From contig JBHGNT010000020.1 of assembly GCA_043228905.1 (NCBI GenBank), positions 15,748,001-15,812,000 of the forward strand: a DNA stretch of 64,000 nt, given 5' to 3'. Under the pieces are notes generated by a model that was given only the letters and a program-made list of their open reading frames with translations, searched no databases and was not told the origin of the DNA. Of the stretch, positions 1-15,411 are shown piece by piece; position 1 is the stretch's first letter; every line of letters starts with the position of its first letter. Source of the stretch: Azolla caroliniana (Eukaryota > Plantae > Polypodiophyta). The position numbers were made by a program, and so were the translations under genes.

Positions 1-3000
1 GGAGTTGAGAAGAGTCCGTGAGTAAATTAAAATGTTCACACCTGGCTCGTGTGATATCGGATATTTGTGTTCATACATGCCGATCGAAGCTAACAACGCT
101 AACTATGATATGGAATTAAAAATTCAAGATTTTGAAACTCAGGTCGAGAGACATGAAGAAATTAGCAAATTTGAGGAGGGACTTGGGAAGAGCCCGTGAG
201 TAAATTAAAATGTTCATACCTGGTTCGTGGGATATCGGATTTTTGTGTTCAAACATGCGTATCGAATTAAAACATGAGAATTAAAAAATCAAGATTTTGA
301 AACTCAGGTCAAGAGACATTAAGAAATTAGCAAATTTAAGCAAGAACTTCAGAAGAGCCGGTGAGTAAATTAAAATGTTCATACCTGGCTCGTGTGATAT
401 CGGATATTTGTGTTCAAACATGCGTATTGAAACTCACAACGCTAGCTATGATAAACAATTCAAAAATCAAGATTTTGAAACTCAGGTCGAGAGACATGAA
501 GAAATTAGCAAATTTGAGGATGGACTCGAGAAGAGCCTGTGAGTAAATTAAAATGTTCATACCTGGCTCGTGTGATATCGGATTTTTGTGTTCAAACATT
601 CAAATCGAAGCTAACAAAGCTAGCTATGATATGGAATTAAAAAATCAAGATTTTGAAACTCAGATCAAGAGACATGAAGGAATTAGCAAATTTGAGGAGG
701 GAGTTGAGAAGAGCCCGGAAGTAAATTAAAATGTTCATACGTGGCTCGTGTGATATCGGATTTTTGTGTTCAAACATGCAAATTGAAGCTAACAAAGCTA
801 GCTATGATGTGGAATTAAAAAATCAAGATTTTGAAAGTCAGGTCAAGAGACATGAAGAAATTAGCAAATTTAAGCAAGAACTTCAGAAGAGCCGGTGAGT
901 AAATTAAAATGTTCATACCTGGCTCGTGTGATAACGGATTTCTGTGTTCAAACATGTGTATCGAAGCTAACAGTGCTAGCTATGATATAGAATTAAAAAA
1001 TCAAGATTCTGAAACTCAGGTCGATAGACATGAAGAAATTACCAAATTTGAGGAGGCAGTTGAGAAGAGCCCGTGAGTAAATTAAAATGTTCATACCTGG
1101 CTCGTGTGATATCGGATTTCTGTGTTCAAACATGCGTATCGAAGCTAACAATGCTAGCTATGTTATGGAATTAAGAAATCAAGATTTTGAAACTCAGGTC
1201 GATAGACATGAAGGAATTAGCAAATTTGAGGAGGGAGTTGAGAAGAGCCCGTGAGTAAATTAAAATGGTCATACCTGGCTCGTGTGATATCGGATTTTTG
1301 TGTTCAAAGATGCGAATAGAATCTAACAACGCTAGGTATCTTATGGAATTAAAAAATAGAGATTTTGAAACTCAGGTCGAGAGACATGAAGAAATTAGCA
1401 AATTTGAGGAGGGAATCGATCAATATTTTGAAACTCAGGTCGAGAGACATGAAGAAATTAGCAAATTTAAGGAGGGAGTGGAGAAGAGCCGGTGAGTAAA
1501 TTAAAATGGTCATACCTTGCTCGTGTGATATCGGATGTTTGTGTTGAAACATGTGAATCGAAGCTAACAAAGCTAGCTATGATATGGAATTAAAAAATCA
1601 AGATTCTAAAACTCAGGTCGAGAGACATGAAGAAATTAGCAAATTTGAGGAGGGAGTTGAGAAGAGCCCGTGAGTAAATTAAAATGGTCATACCTGGCTC
1701 GTGTGATATCGGATTTCTGTGTTCAAACATGCGAATCGAAGCTAACAATTCTAGCTATGTTATGGAATTAAAAAATCAAGATTTTGAAACTCAGGTGGAG
1801 AGACATAAAGAAATTAGCAAATTTGAGAAGGAAATCGAGAAGAGCCCGTGAGTAAATTAAAATGTTCATACCTGGCTCGTGTGATATCAGATATTTGTGT
1901 TCAAACATGTGAATCGAAGCTAACAATGCTAGCTATGTTATGGAATTAAGAAATCAATATTTTGAAACTCAGGTCGAGAGACATGAAGGAATTAGCAAAT
2001 TTGAGAAGGGAGTTGAGAAGAGCCTGTGAGTAAATTAAAATGTTCATACATGGCTTGTGTGATATCGGATTTTTGTGTTAAAACATGCGTATGGAAGCTG
2101 ACAACGCTAGCTATGATAAGCAATTAAAAAATCAAGATTTTGAAACTCACGTCGAGAGACATGAAGAAATTAGCAAATTTGAGGAGGGACATGATAACAG
2201 CCCGTGAGAAAATTAAAATGGTCATACCTGGCTCGTGTGATATCGGATGTTTGTGTTGAAACATGCGTATGATATGGAATTAAAAAATCAAGATTTTGAA
2301 AAACTTAGGTCGAGAGACATGAAGAAATTAGCAAATTTGAGGAGGGACATGAGAAGAGACCGTGAGTAAATTAAAATGTTCATACCTGGCTCATGTGATA
2401 TTGGATGTTTGTGTTGAATCATGTGAATCGAAGTTAACAAAGCTAGCTATGATATTGAATTAAAAAATCAAGATTTTGAAACTCAGATCGAGAGACATGA
2501 AGAAATTAGCAAATTTGAGGAGGGAGTCGAGAAGAGCCTGTGAGTAAATTAAAATGTTCATACTTGGCTCGTGTGATATCGGATTTTTGTGTTCAAACAA
2601 TCAAATCGAAGCTAACAAAGCTAGCTATGATATGGAATTAAAAAATCAAGATTTTGAAACTCAGTTCGAGAGACATGAAGAAATTAGGAAATTTGAGGAA
2701 GAACATGAGAAGAGCCTGTGAGTAAATTAAAATGTTCATACCTGGCTCGTGTGATATCGGATTTTTGTGTTGAAACATTCAAATCGAAGCTAACAAAGCT
2801 AGCTACGATATGGAATTAAAAAATCAAGATTTTGAAACTCAGGTCGAGAGACATGAAGAAATTAGTAAATTTGAGGAGGGAGTTGACAAGAGCCTGTGAG
2901 TAAATTAAAATGTTCAAACATGGCTTGTGTGATATCGGATTTCTGTGTTAAAACATGCGTATGGAAGCTCGCAACGTTAGCTATGATAAGCAATTAAAAA

Positions 3001-6000
3001 ATCAAGATTTTGAAACCTACGTCGAGAGACATGAAGAAATTAGCAAATTTGAGGATGGACTCGAGAAGACCCTGTGAGTAAATTAAAATGGTCATACCTG
3101 GCTCGTGTGATATCGGATTTCTGTGTTCAAACATGCGTATTGAAGCTAAGAATGCTAGCTATGTTATGGAATTAAATAATCAAGATTTTGAAACTCAGGT
3201 CGAGAGACATGAAGAAATTAGCAAATTTGAGGAAGGACATGAGAAGAGCCTGTGAGTAAATTAAAATGTTCATACCTGGCTCGTTTGATATCGGTTTTTT
3301 GTGTTCAAACATGCGTATCGAAGCTAAGAATGCTAGCTATGATAAGCAATTAAAAAATCAAGATTTTGAAACTCAGGTCAAGAGACATGAAGAAATTAGC
3401 AAATTTGAGGAGGGAGTTGACATGAGCCTGTGAGTAAATTAAAATGTTCATACATGGCTTGTGTGATATCGGATTTTTGTGTTAAAACATGCGTATGATA
3501 TGGAATTAAAAAATCAAGATTTTGAAACTTAGGTCGAGAGACATGAAGAAATTAGCAAATTTGAGGAAGGACATGAGAAGAGCCTGTGAGTAAATTAAAA
3601 TGTTCATACCTGGCTCGTTTGATATCGGTTTTTTGTGTTCAAACATGCGTATTGAATCTAAGAAAGCTAGCTATAATATGGAATTAAATAAATAAGATTT
3701 TGAAACTCAGGTCGAGAGACATGAACAAATTAGCAAATTTGAGGAGGGAGTTGAGAAGAGCCTGTGAGTAAATTAAAATGTTCATACATGGCTTGTGTGA
3801 TATCGGATTTTTGTGTTAAAACATGCGTATGATATGGAATTAAAAAATCAAGATTTTGAAACTCAGATCGAGAGACATGAAGAAATTAGCAAATTTGAGG
3901 AGGGAGTCGAGAAGAGCCTGTGAGTAAATTAAAATGTTCATACTTGGCTCGTGTGATATCGGATTTTTGTGTTCAAACAATCAAATCGAAGCTAACAAAG
4001 CTAGCTATGATATGGAATTAAAAAATCAAGATTTTGAAACTGAGTTCGAGAGACATGAAGAAATTAGGAAATTTGAGGAAGAACATGAGAAGAGCCTGTG
4101 AGTAAATTAAAATGTTCATACCTGGCTCGTGTGATATCGGATTTTTGTGTTCAAACATTCAAATCGAAGCTAACAAAGCTAGCTACGATATGGAATTAAA
4201 AAATCAAGATTTTGAAACTCAGGTCGAGAGACATGAAGAAATTAGCATATTTGAGGAGGGAATGGAGAAGAGCCCTTGAGTAAATTAAAATGTTCATACC
4301 TAGCTCGTGTGATATCAGATATTTGTGTTCAACATGTGAATCGAAGCTAACAATGCTAGCTATGTTATGCAATTAAGAAATCAATATTTTGAAACTCAGG
4401 TCGAGAAGAGTCCGTGAGTAAATTAAAATGGTCATACCTGGCTCGTGTGATATCGGATATTTGTGTTCAAACATGCGTATTGAACCTAAGAAAGCTAGCT
4501 ATAATATGGAATTAAATAAATAAGATTTTGAAACTCAGGTCGAGAGACATGAACAAATTAGCAAATTTGAGGAGGGAGTTGAGAAGAGCCTGTGAGTAAA
4601 TTAAAATGTTCATACATGGCTTGTGTGATATCGGATTTTTGTGTTAAAACATGCGTATGATATGGAATTAAAAAATCAAGATTTTGAAACTCAGGTCGAG
4701 AGACATGAAGAAATTAGCAAATTTGAGGAGGGACATGAGAAGAGACCGTGAGTAAATTAAAATGTTCATACCTGGCTCATGTGATATTGGATGTTTGTGT
4801 TGAATCATGTGAATCGAAGTTAACAAAGCTAGCTATGATATGGAATTAAAAAATCAAGATTTTGAAACTCAGATCGAGAGACATGAAGAAATTAGCAAAT
4901 TTGAGGAGGGAGTCGAGAAGAGCCTGTGAGTAAATTAAAATGTTCATACTTGGCTCGTGTGATATCGGATTTCTGTGTTCAAACAATCAAATCGAAGCTA
5001 ACAAAGCTAGCTATGATATGGAATTAAAAAATCAAGATTTTGAAACTCAGGTCGAGAGACATGAAGAAATTAGGAAATTTGAGAAAGAACATGAGAAGAG
5101 CCTGTGAGTAAATTAAAATGTTCATACCTGGCTCGTGTGATATCGGATTTTTGTGTTCAAACATTCAAATCGAAGCTAACAAAGCTAGCTACGATATGGA
5201 ATTAAAAAATCAAGATTTTGAAACTCAGGTCGAGAGACATGAAGAAATTAGCAACTTTGAGGAAGGACATGAGAAGAGCCTGTGAGTAAATTAAAATGTT
5301 CATACCTGGCTCGTTTGATATCGGATTTTTGTGTTCAAACATGCGTATCGAAGCTAACAATGCTAGCTATGATAAGCAATTAAAAAATCAAGATTTTAAA
5401 ATTCAGGTCGAGAGACATGAAGAAATTAGCAAATTTGAGGAGGGAGTTGACAAGAGCCTGTGAGTAAATTAAAATGTTCAAACATGGCTTGTGTGATATC
5501 GGATTTCTGTGTTAAAACATGCGTATGGAAGCTCGCAACGTTAGCTATGATAAGCAATTAAAAAATCAAGATTTTGAAACCTACGTCGAGAGACATGAAG
5601 AAATTAGCAAATTTGAGGATGGACTCGAGAAGACCCTGTGAGTAAATTAAAATGGTCATACCTGGCTCGTGTGATATCGGATTTCTGTGTTCAAACATGC
5701 GTATTGAAGCTAAGAATGCTAGCTATGTTATGGAATTAAATAATCAAGATTTTGAAACTCAGGTCGAGAGACATGAAGAAATTAGCAAATTTGAGGAAGG
5801 ACATGAGAAGAGCCTGTGAGTAAATTAAAATGTTCATACCTGGCTCGTTTGATATCGGTTTTTTGTGTTCAAACATGCGTATCGAAGCTAAGAATGCTAG
5901 CTATGATAAGCAATTAAAAAATCAAGATTTTGAAACTCAGGTCGAGAGACATGAAGAAATTAGCAACTTTGAGGAAGGACATGAGAAGAGCCTGTGAGTA

Positions 6001-9000
6001 AATGAAAATGTTCATACCTGGCTCGTTTGATATCGGATTTTTGTGTTCAAACATGCGTATCGAAGCTAAGAATGCTAGCTATGATAAGCAATTAAAAAAT
6101 CAAGATTTTGAAACTCAGGTCGAGAGACATGAAGAAATTAGCAAATTTGAGGAGGGAGTTGACAAGAGCCTGTGAGTAAATTAAAATGTTCAAACATGGC
6201 TTGTGTGATATCGGATTTCTGTGTTAAAACATGCGTATGGAAGCTCGCAACGTTAGCTATGATAAGCAATTAAAAAATCAAGATTTTGAAACCTACGTCG
6301 AGAGACATGAAGAAATTAGCAAATTTGAGGATGGACTCGAGAAGACCGTGTGAGTAAATTAAAATGGTCATACCTGGCTCGTGTGATATCGGATTTCTGT
6401 GTTCAAACATGCGTATTGAAGCTAAGAATGCTAGCTATGTTATGGAATTAAATAATCAAGATTTTGAAACTCAGGTCGAGAGACATGAAGAAATTAGCAA
6501 ATTTGAGGAAGGACATGAGAAGAGCCTGTGAGTAAATTAAAATGTTCATACCTGGCTCGTTTGATATCGGTTTTTTGTGTTCAAACATGCGTATCGAAGC
6601 TAAGAATGCTAGCTATGATAAGCAATTAAAAAATCAAGATTTTGAAACTCAGGTCAAGAGACATGAAGAAATTAGCAAATTTGAGGAGGGAGTTGACAAG
6701 AGCATGTGAGTAAATTAAAATGTTCATACATGGCTTGTGTGATATCGGATTTTTGTGTTAAAACATGCGTATGATATGGAATTTAAAAATCAAGATTTTG
6801 AAACTTAGGTCGAGAGACATGAAGAAATTAGCAAATTTGAGGAGGGACATGAGAAGAGACCGTGAGTAAATTAAAATGTTCATACCTGGCTCATGTGATA
6901 TTGGATGTTTGTGTTGAATCATGTGAATCGAAGTTAACAAAGCTAGCTATGATATGGAATTAAAAAATCAAGATTTTGAAACTCAGATCGAGAGACATGA
7001 AGAAATTAGCAAATTTGAGGAGGGAGTCGAGAAGAGCCTGTGAGTAAATTAAAATGTTCATACTTGGCTCGTGTGATATCGGATTTTTGTGTTCAAACAA
7101 TCAAATCGAAGCTAACAAAGCTAGCTATGATATGGAATTAAAAAATCAAGATTTTGAAACTCAGGTCGAGAGACATGAAGAAATTAGGAAATTTGAGGAA
7201 GAACATGAGAAGAGCCTGTGAGTAAATTAAAATGTTCATACCTGGCTCGTGTGATATCGGATTTTTGTGTTCAAACATTCAAATCGAAGCTAACAAAGCT
7301 AGCTACGATATGGAATTAAAAAATCAAGATTTTGAAACTCAGGTCGAGAGACATGAAGAAATTAGCATATTTGAGGAGGGAATGGAGAAGAGCCCTTGAG
7401 TAAATTAAAATGTTCATACCTAGCTCGTGTGATATCAGATATTTGTGTTCAACATGTGAATCGAAGCTAACAATGCTAGCTATGTTATGCAATTAAGAAA
7501 TCAATATTTTGAAACTCAGGTCGAGAGACATGAAGAAATTAGCAAATTTGAGGAGGGAGTTGACAAGAGCCTGTGAGTAAATTAAAATGTTCAAACATGG
7601 CTTGTGTGATATCGGATTTTTGTGTTAAAACATGCGTATGATATGGAATTAAAAAATCAAGATTTTGAAACTCAGGTCGAGAGACATGAAGAAATTAGCA
7701 AATTTGAGGAGGGACATGAGAAGAGACCGTGAGTAAATTAAAATGTTCATACCTGGCTCATGTGATATTGGATGTTTGTGTTGAATCATGTGAATCGAAG
7801 TTAACAAAGCTAGCTATGATATGGAATTAAAAAATCAAGATTTTGAAACTCAGATCGAGAGACATGAAGAAATTAGCAAATTTGAGGAGGGAGTCGAGAA
7901 GAGCCTGTGAGTAAATTAAAATGTTCATACTTGGCTCGTGTGATATCGGATTTTTGTGTTAAAACATGCGTATGATATGGAATTAAAAAATCAAGATTTT
8001 GAAACTCAGGTCGAGAGACATGAAGAAATTAGCAAATTTGAGGAGGGACATGAGAAGAGACCGTGAGTAAATTAAAATGTTCATACCTGGCTCATGTGAT
8101 ATTGGATGTTTGTGTTGAATCATGTGAATCGAAGTTAACAAAGCTAGCTATGATATGGAATTAAAAAATCAAGATTTTGAAACTCAGATCGAGAGACATG
8201 AAGAAATTAGCAAATTTGAGGATGGACTCGAGAAGACCCTGTGAGTAAATTAAAATGGTCATACCTGGCTCGTGTGATATCGGATTTCTGTGTTCAAACA
8301 TGCGTATTCAAGCTAAGAATGCTAGCTATGTTATGGAATTAAATAATCAAGATTTTGAAACTCAGGTCGAGAGACATGAAGAAATTAGCAAATTTGAGGA
8401 AGGACATGAGAAGAGCCTGTGAGTAAATTAAAATGTTCATACCTGGCTCGTTTGATATCGGTTTTTTGTGTTCAAACATGCGTATCGAAGCTAAGAATGC
8501 TAGCTATGATAAGCAATTAAAAAATCAATATTTTGAAACTCAGGTCGAGAGACATGAAGAAATTAGCAAATTTGAGGAGGGAGTTGAGAAGAGCCTGTGA
8601 GTAAATGAAAATGGTCATACCTGGCTCGTGTGATATCGGATTTTTGTGTTCAAACATGCGAATCGAAGATAACAACGCTAGCTATGACATGGAATTAAAA
8701 AATCAAGATTTTGAAACTCAGATCAAGAGACATGAAGAAATTAGCAAATTTGACGAGGGAGTTGAGAAGAGCCCGTGAGGAAATTAAAATGTTCATACCT
8801 GGCTCGTTTTGATATCGGATTTTTGTGTTCAAACATGCTTATTGAAACTCACAACGCTAGCTATGATAAGCAATTAAAAAATCAAGATTCTAAAACTCAG
8901 GTCGAGAGACATGAAGAAATTAGCAAATTTGAGGATGGACTCGAGAAGAGCCTGTGAGTAAAGTAAAATGTTCATACCCGGCTCGTGTGATATCGGATTC

Positions 9001-12000
9001 TTGTGTTCAAACATTCACATCGAAGCTAACAAAGCTAGCTATGATATGGAATTAAAAAATCAAGATTTTGAAACTCAGGTCGAGAGACATGAAGAAATTA
9101 GCAAATTTGAGGAAGAACATGAGAAGAGCCTGTGAGTAAATTAAAATGTTCATACCTGGCTCGTGTGATATCGGATTTTTGTGTTCAAACATTCAAATCG
9201 AAGCTAACAAAGCTAGCTACGATATGGAATTAAAAAATCAAGATTTTGAAACTCAGGTCGAGAGACATGAAGAAATTAGCATATTTGAGGAGGGAATGGA
9301 GAAGAGCCCTTGAGTAAATTAAAATGTTCATACCTAGCTCGTGTGATATCAGATATTTGTGTTCAACATGTGAATCGAAGCTAACAATGCTAGCTATGTT
9401 ATGCAATTAAGAAATCAATATTTTGAAACTCAGGTCGAGAAGAGTCCGTGAGTAAATTAAAATGGTCATACCTGGCTCGTGTGATATCGGATATTTGTGT
9501 TCAAACATGCGTATTGAACCTAAGAAAGCTAGCTATAATATGGAATTAAATAAATAAGATTTTGAAACTCAGGTCGAGAGACATGAACAAATTAGCAAAT
9601 TTGAGGAGGGAGTTGAGAAGAGCCTGTGAGTAAATTAAAATGTTCATACATGGCTTGTGTGATATCGGATTTTTGTGTTAAAACATGCGTATGATATGGA
9701 ATTAAAAAATCAAGATTTTGAAACTCAGGTCGAGAGACATGAAGAAATTAGCAAATTTGAGGAGGGACATGAGAAGAGACCGTGAGTAAATTAAAATGTT
9801 CATACCTGGCTCATGTGATATTGGATGTTTGTGTTGAATCATGTGAATCGAAGTTAACAAAGCTAGCTATGATATGGAATTAAAAAATCAAGATTTTGAA
9901 ACTCAGATCGAGAGACATGAAGAAATTAGCAAATTTGAGGAGGGAGTCGAGAAGAGCCTGTGAGTAAATTAAAATGTTCATACTTGGCTCGTGTGATATC
10001 GGATTTTTGTGTTCAAACAATCAAATCGAAGCTAACAAAGCTAGCTATGATATGGAATTAAAAAATCAAGATTTTGAAACTCAGGTCGAGAGACATGAAG
10101 AAATTAGGAAATTTGAGAAAGAACATGAGAAGAGCCTGTGAGTAAATTAAAATGTTCATACCTGGCTCGTGTGATATCGGATTTTTGTGTTCAAACATTC
10201 AAATCGAAGCTAACAAAGCTAGCTACGATATGGAATTAAAAAATCAAGATTTTGAAACTCAGGTCGAGAGACATGAAGAAATTAGCAACTTTGAGGAAGG
10301 ACATGAGAAGAGCCTGTGAATAAATTAAAATGTTCATACCTGGCTCGTTTGATATCGGATTTTTGTGTTCAAACATGCGTATCGAAGCTAACAATGCTAG
10401 CTATGATAAGCAATTAAAAAATCAAGATTTTGAAACTCAGGTCGAGAGACATGAAGAAATTAGCAAATTTGAGGAGGGAGTTGACAAGAGCCTATGAGTA
10501 AATTAAAATGTTCAAACATGGCTTGTGTGATATCGGATTTCTGTGTTAAAACATGCGTATGGAAGCTCGCAACGTTAGCTATGATAAGCAATTAAAAAAT
10601 CAAGATTTTGAAACCTACGTCGAGAGACATGAAGAAATTAGCAAATTTGAGGATGGACTCGAGAAGACCCTGTGAGTAAATTAAAATGGTCATACCTGGC
10701 TCGTGTGATATCGGATTTCTGTGTTCAAACATGCGTATTGAAGCTAAGAATGCTAGCTATGTTATGGAATTAAATAATCAAGATTTTGAAACTCAGGTCG
10801 AGAGACATGAAGAAATTAGCAAATTTGAGGAAGGACATGAGAAGAGCCTGTGAGTAAATTAAAATGTTCATACCTGGCTCGTTTGATATCGGTTTTTTGT
10901 GTTCAAACATGCGTATCGAAGCTAAGAATGCTAGCTATGATAAGCAATTAAAAAATCAATATTTTGAAACTCAGGTCGAGAGACATGAAGAAATTAGCAA
11001 ATTTGAGGAGGGAGTTGAGAAGAGCCCGTGAGTAAATGAAAATGGTCATACCTGGCTCGTGTGATATCGGATTTTTGTGTTCAAAATGCGAATCGAAGAT
11101 AACAACGCTAGCTATGACATGGAATTAAAAAGTCAAGATTTTGAAACTCAGATCAAGAGACATGAAGAAATTAGCAAATTTGACGAGGGAGTTGAGAAGA
11201 GCCCGTGAGGAAATTAAAATGTTCATACCTGGCTCGTTTTGATATCGGATTTTTGTGTTCAAACATGCTTATTGAAACTCACAACGCTAGCTATGATAAG
11301 CAATTAAAAAATCAAGATTCTAAAACTCAGGTCGAGAGACATGAAGAAATTAGCAAATTTGAGGATGGACTCGAGAAGAGCCTGTGAGTAAAGTAAAATG
11401 TTCATACCCGGCTCGTGTGATATCGGATTCTTGTGTTCAAACATTCACATCGAAGCTAACAAAGCTAGCTATGATATGGAATTAAAAAATCAAGATTTTG
11501 AAACTCAGGTCGAGAGACATGAAGAAATTAGGAAATTTGAGGAAGAACATGAGAAGAGCCTGTGAGTAAATTAAAATGTTCATACCTGGCTCGTGTGATA
11601 TCGGATTTTTGTGTTCAAACATTCAAATCGAAGCTAACAAAGCTAGCTACGATATGGAATTAAAAAATCAAGATTTTGAAACTCAGGTCGAGAGACATGA
11701 AGAAATTAGCATATTTAAGGAGGGAATGGAGAAGAGCCCTTGAGTAAATTAAAATGTTCATACCTAGCTCGTGTGATATCAGATATTTGTGTTCAACATG
11801 TGAATCGAAGCTAACAATGCTAGCTATGTTATGCAATTAAGAAATCAATATTTTGAAACTCAGGTCGAGAAGAGCCCGTGAGTAAATTAAAATGGTCATA
11901 CCTGGCTCGTGTGATATCGGATATTTGTGTTCAAACATGCGTATTGAACCTAAGAAAGCTAGCTATAATATGGAATTAACTAAATAAGATTTTGAAACTC

Positions 12001-15000
12001 AGGTCGAGAGACATGAACAAATTAGCAAATTTGAGGAGGGAGTTGAGAAGAGCCTGTGAGTAAATTAAAATGTTCATACATGGCTTGTGTGATATCGGAT
12101 TTTTGTGTTAAAACATGCGTATGATATGGAATTAAAAAATCAAGATTTTGAAACTCAGGTCGAGAGACATGAAGAAATTAGCAAATTTGAGGAGGGACAT
12201 GAGAAGAGACCGTGAGTAAATTAAAATGTTCATACCTGGCTCATGTGATATTGGATGTTTGTGTTGAATCATGTGAATCGAAGTTAACAAAGCTAGCTAT
12301 GATATGGAATTAAAAAATCAAGATTTTGAAACTCAGATCGAGAGACATGAAGAAATTAGCAAATTTGAGGAGGGAGTCGAGAAGAGCCTGTGAGTAAATT
12401 AAAATGTTCATACTTGGCTCGTGTGATATCGGATTTTTGTGTTCAAACAATCAAATCGAAGCTAACAAAGCTAGCTATGATATGGAATTAAAAAATCAAG
12501 ATTTTGAAACTCAGGTCGAGAGACATGAAGAAATTAGCAAATTTGAGGAAGGACATGAGAAGAGCCTGTGAGTAAATTAAAATGTTCATACCTGGCTCGT
12601 TTGATATCGGATTTTTGTGTTCAAATATGCGTATCGAAGCTAAGAATGCTAGCTATGATAAGCAATTAAAAAATCAAGATTTTGAAACTCAGGTCGAGAG
12701 ACATGAAGAAATTAGCAACTTTGAGGAAGGACATGAGAAGAGCCTGTGAGTAAATTAAAATGTTCATACCTGGCTCGTTTGATATCGGATTTTTGTGTTC
12801 AAACATGCGTATCGAAGCTAAGAATGCTAGCTATGATAAGCAATTAAAAAATCAAGATTTTGAAACTCAGGTCGAGAGACATGAAGAAATTAGCAAATTT
12901 GAGGAGGGACATGAGAAGAGCCCGTGAGTAAATTAAAGTGTTCAAACATGGCTTGTGTGATATCGGATTTCTGTGTTAAAACATGCGTATGGAAGCTCGC
13001 AACGTTAGCTATGATAAGCAATTAAAAAATCAAGATTTTGAAACCTACGTCGAGAGACATGAAGAAATTAGCAAATTTGAGGATGGACTCGAGAAGACCC
13101 TGTGAGTAAATTAAAATGGTCATACCTGGCTCGTGTGATATCGGATTTCTGTGTTCAAACATGCGTATTGAAGCTAAGAATGCTAGCTATGTTATGGAAT
13201 TAAATAATCAAGATTTTGAAACTCAGGTCGAGAGACATGAAGAAATTAGCAAATTTGAGGAAGGACATGAGAAGAGCCTGTGAGTAAATTAAAATGTTCA
13301 TACCTGGCTCGTTTGATATCGGATTTTTGTGTTCAAACATGCGTATCGAAGCTAAGAATGCTAGCTATGATAAGCAATTAAAAAATCAAGATTTTGAAAC
13401 TCAAGTCGAGAGACATGAAGAAATTAGCAACTTTGAGGAAGGACATGAGAAGAGCCTGTGAGTAAATGAAAATGTTCATACCTGGCTCGTTTGATATCGG
13501 ATTTTTGTGTTCAAACATGCGTATCGAAGCTAAGAATGCTAGCTATGATAAGCAATTAAAAAATCAAGATTTTGAAACTCAGGTCGAGAGACATGAAGAA
13601 ATTAGCAAATTTGAGGAGGGAGTTGACAAGAGCCTGTGAGTAAATTAAAATGTTCAAACATGGCTTGTGTGATATCGGATTTCTGTGTTAAAACATGCGT
13701 ATGGAAGCTCGCAACGTTAGCTATGATAAGCAATTAAAAAATCAAGATTTTGAAACCTACGTCGAGAGACATGAAGAAATTAGCAAATTTGAGGATGGAC
13801 TCGAGAAGACCGTGTGAGTAAATTAAAATGGTCATACCTGGCTCGTGTGATATCGGATTTCTGTGTTCAAACATGCGTATTGAAGCTAAGAATGCTAGCT
13901 ATGTTATGGAATTAAATAATCAAGATTTTGAAACTCAGGTCGAGAGACATGAAGAAATTAGCAAATTTGAGGAAGGACATGAGAAGAGCCTGTGAGTAAA
14001 TTAAAATGTTCATACCTGGCTCGTTTGATATCGGTTTTTTGTGTTCAAACATGCGTATCGAAGCTAAGAATGCTAGCTATGATAAGCAATTAAAAAATCA
14101 AGATTTTGAAACTCAGGTCAAGAGACATGAAGAAATTAGCAAATTTGAGGAGGGAGTTGACAAGAGCATGTGAGTAAATTAAAATGTTCATACATGGCTT
14201 GTGTGATATCGGATTTTTGTGTTAAAACATGCGTATGATATGGAATTAAAAAATCAAGATTTTGAAACTTAGGTCGAGAGACATGAAGAAATTAGCAAAT
14301 TTGAGGAGGGACATGAGAAGAGACCGTGAGTAAATTAAAATGTTCATACCTGGCTCATGTGATATTGGATGTTTGTGTTGAATCATGTGAATCGAAGTTA
14401 ACAAAGCTAGCTATGATATGGAATTAAAAAATCAAGATTTTGAAACTCAGATCGAGAGACATGAAGAAATTAGCAAATTTGAGGAGGGAGTCGAGAAGAG
14501 CCTGTGAGTAAATTAAAATGTTCATACTTGGCTCGTGTGATATCGGATTTTTGTGTTCAAACAATCAAATCGAAGCTAACAAAGCTAGCTATGATATGGA
14601 ATTAAAAAATCAAGATTTTGAAACTCAGGTCGAGAGACATGAAGAAATTAGGAAATTTGAGGAAGAACATGAGAAGAGCCTGTGAGTAAATTAAAATGTT
14701 CATACCTGGCTCGTGTGATATCGGATTTTTGTTTTCAAACATTCAAATCGAAGCTAACAAAGCTAGCTACGATATGGAATTAAAAAATCAAGATTTTGAA
14801 ACTCAGGTCGAGAGACATGAAGAAATTAGCAACTTTGAGGAAGGACATGAGAAGAGCCTGTGAGTAAATTAAAATGTTCATACCTGGCTCGTTTGATATC
14901 GGATTTTTGTGTTCAAACATGCGTATCGAAGCTAAGAATGCTAGCTATGATAAGCAATTAAAAAATCAAGATTTTGAAACTCAGGTCGAGAGACATGAAG

Positions 15001-15210
15001 AAATTAGCAAATTTGAGGAGGGAGTTGACAAGAGCCTGTGAGTAAATTAAAATGTTCAAACATGGCTTGTGTGATATCGGATTTCTGTGTTAAAACATGC
15101 GTATGGAAGCTCGCAACGTTAGCTATGATAAGCAATTAAAAAATCAAGATTTTGAAACCTACGTCGAGAGACATGAAGAAATTAGCAAATTTGAGGATGG
15201 ACTCGAGAAG
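1..15210 (+). repeat. 178-bp satellite array (probable centromeric satellite), left domain
   Basis: Head-to-tail monomers, consensus GTGAGTAAATTAAAATGTTCATACCTGGCTCGTGTGATATCGGATTTTTGTGTTCAAACATGCGTATCGAAGCTAACAATGCTAGCTATGATATGGAATTAAAAAATCAAGATTTTGAAACTCAGGTCGAGAGACATGAAGAAATTAGCAAATTTGAGGAGGGAGTTGAGAAGAGCCC. GTGAG recurs at 361 and 539 (178 bp). Centromeric function is inferred from monomer size, HORs and inserted retroelements. Confidence 0.97.
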
Positions 15211-15394
15211 CTCTTCTCAACTCCCTCCTCAAATTTGCTAATTTGTTCATGTCTCTCGACCTGAGTTTCAAAATCTTATTTATTTAATTCCATATTATAG
15301 CTAGCTTTCTTAGGTTCAATACGCATGTTTGAACACAAATATCCAATATCACACGAGCCAGGTATGACCATTTTAATTTACTCACGGACTCTTC
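15211..15394 (-). repeat. single inverted satellite monomer (184 bp), followed by 17-bp filler 15395-15411
   Basis: Reverse complement matches the monomer variant at 4405-4588 and 9439-9622 (gaacctaagaaag, ataatatgg, aaataaataag, gaacaaatt) with one visible mismatch. Confidence 0.95.
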
Positions 15395-15411
15395 AAATAT
15401 AGCTAAGATTT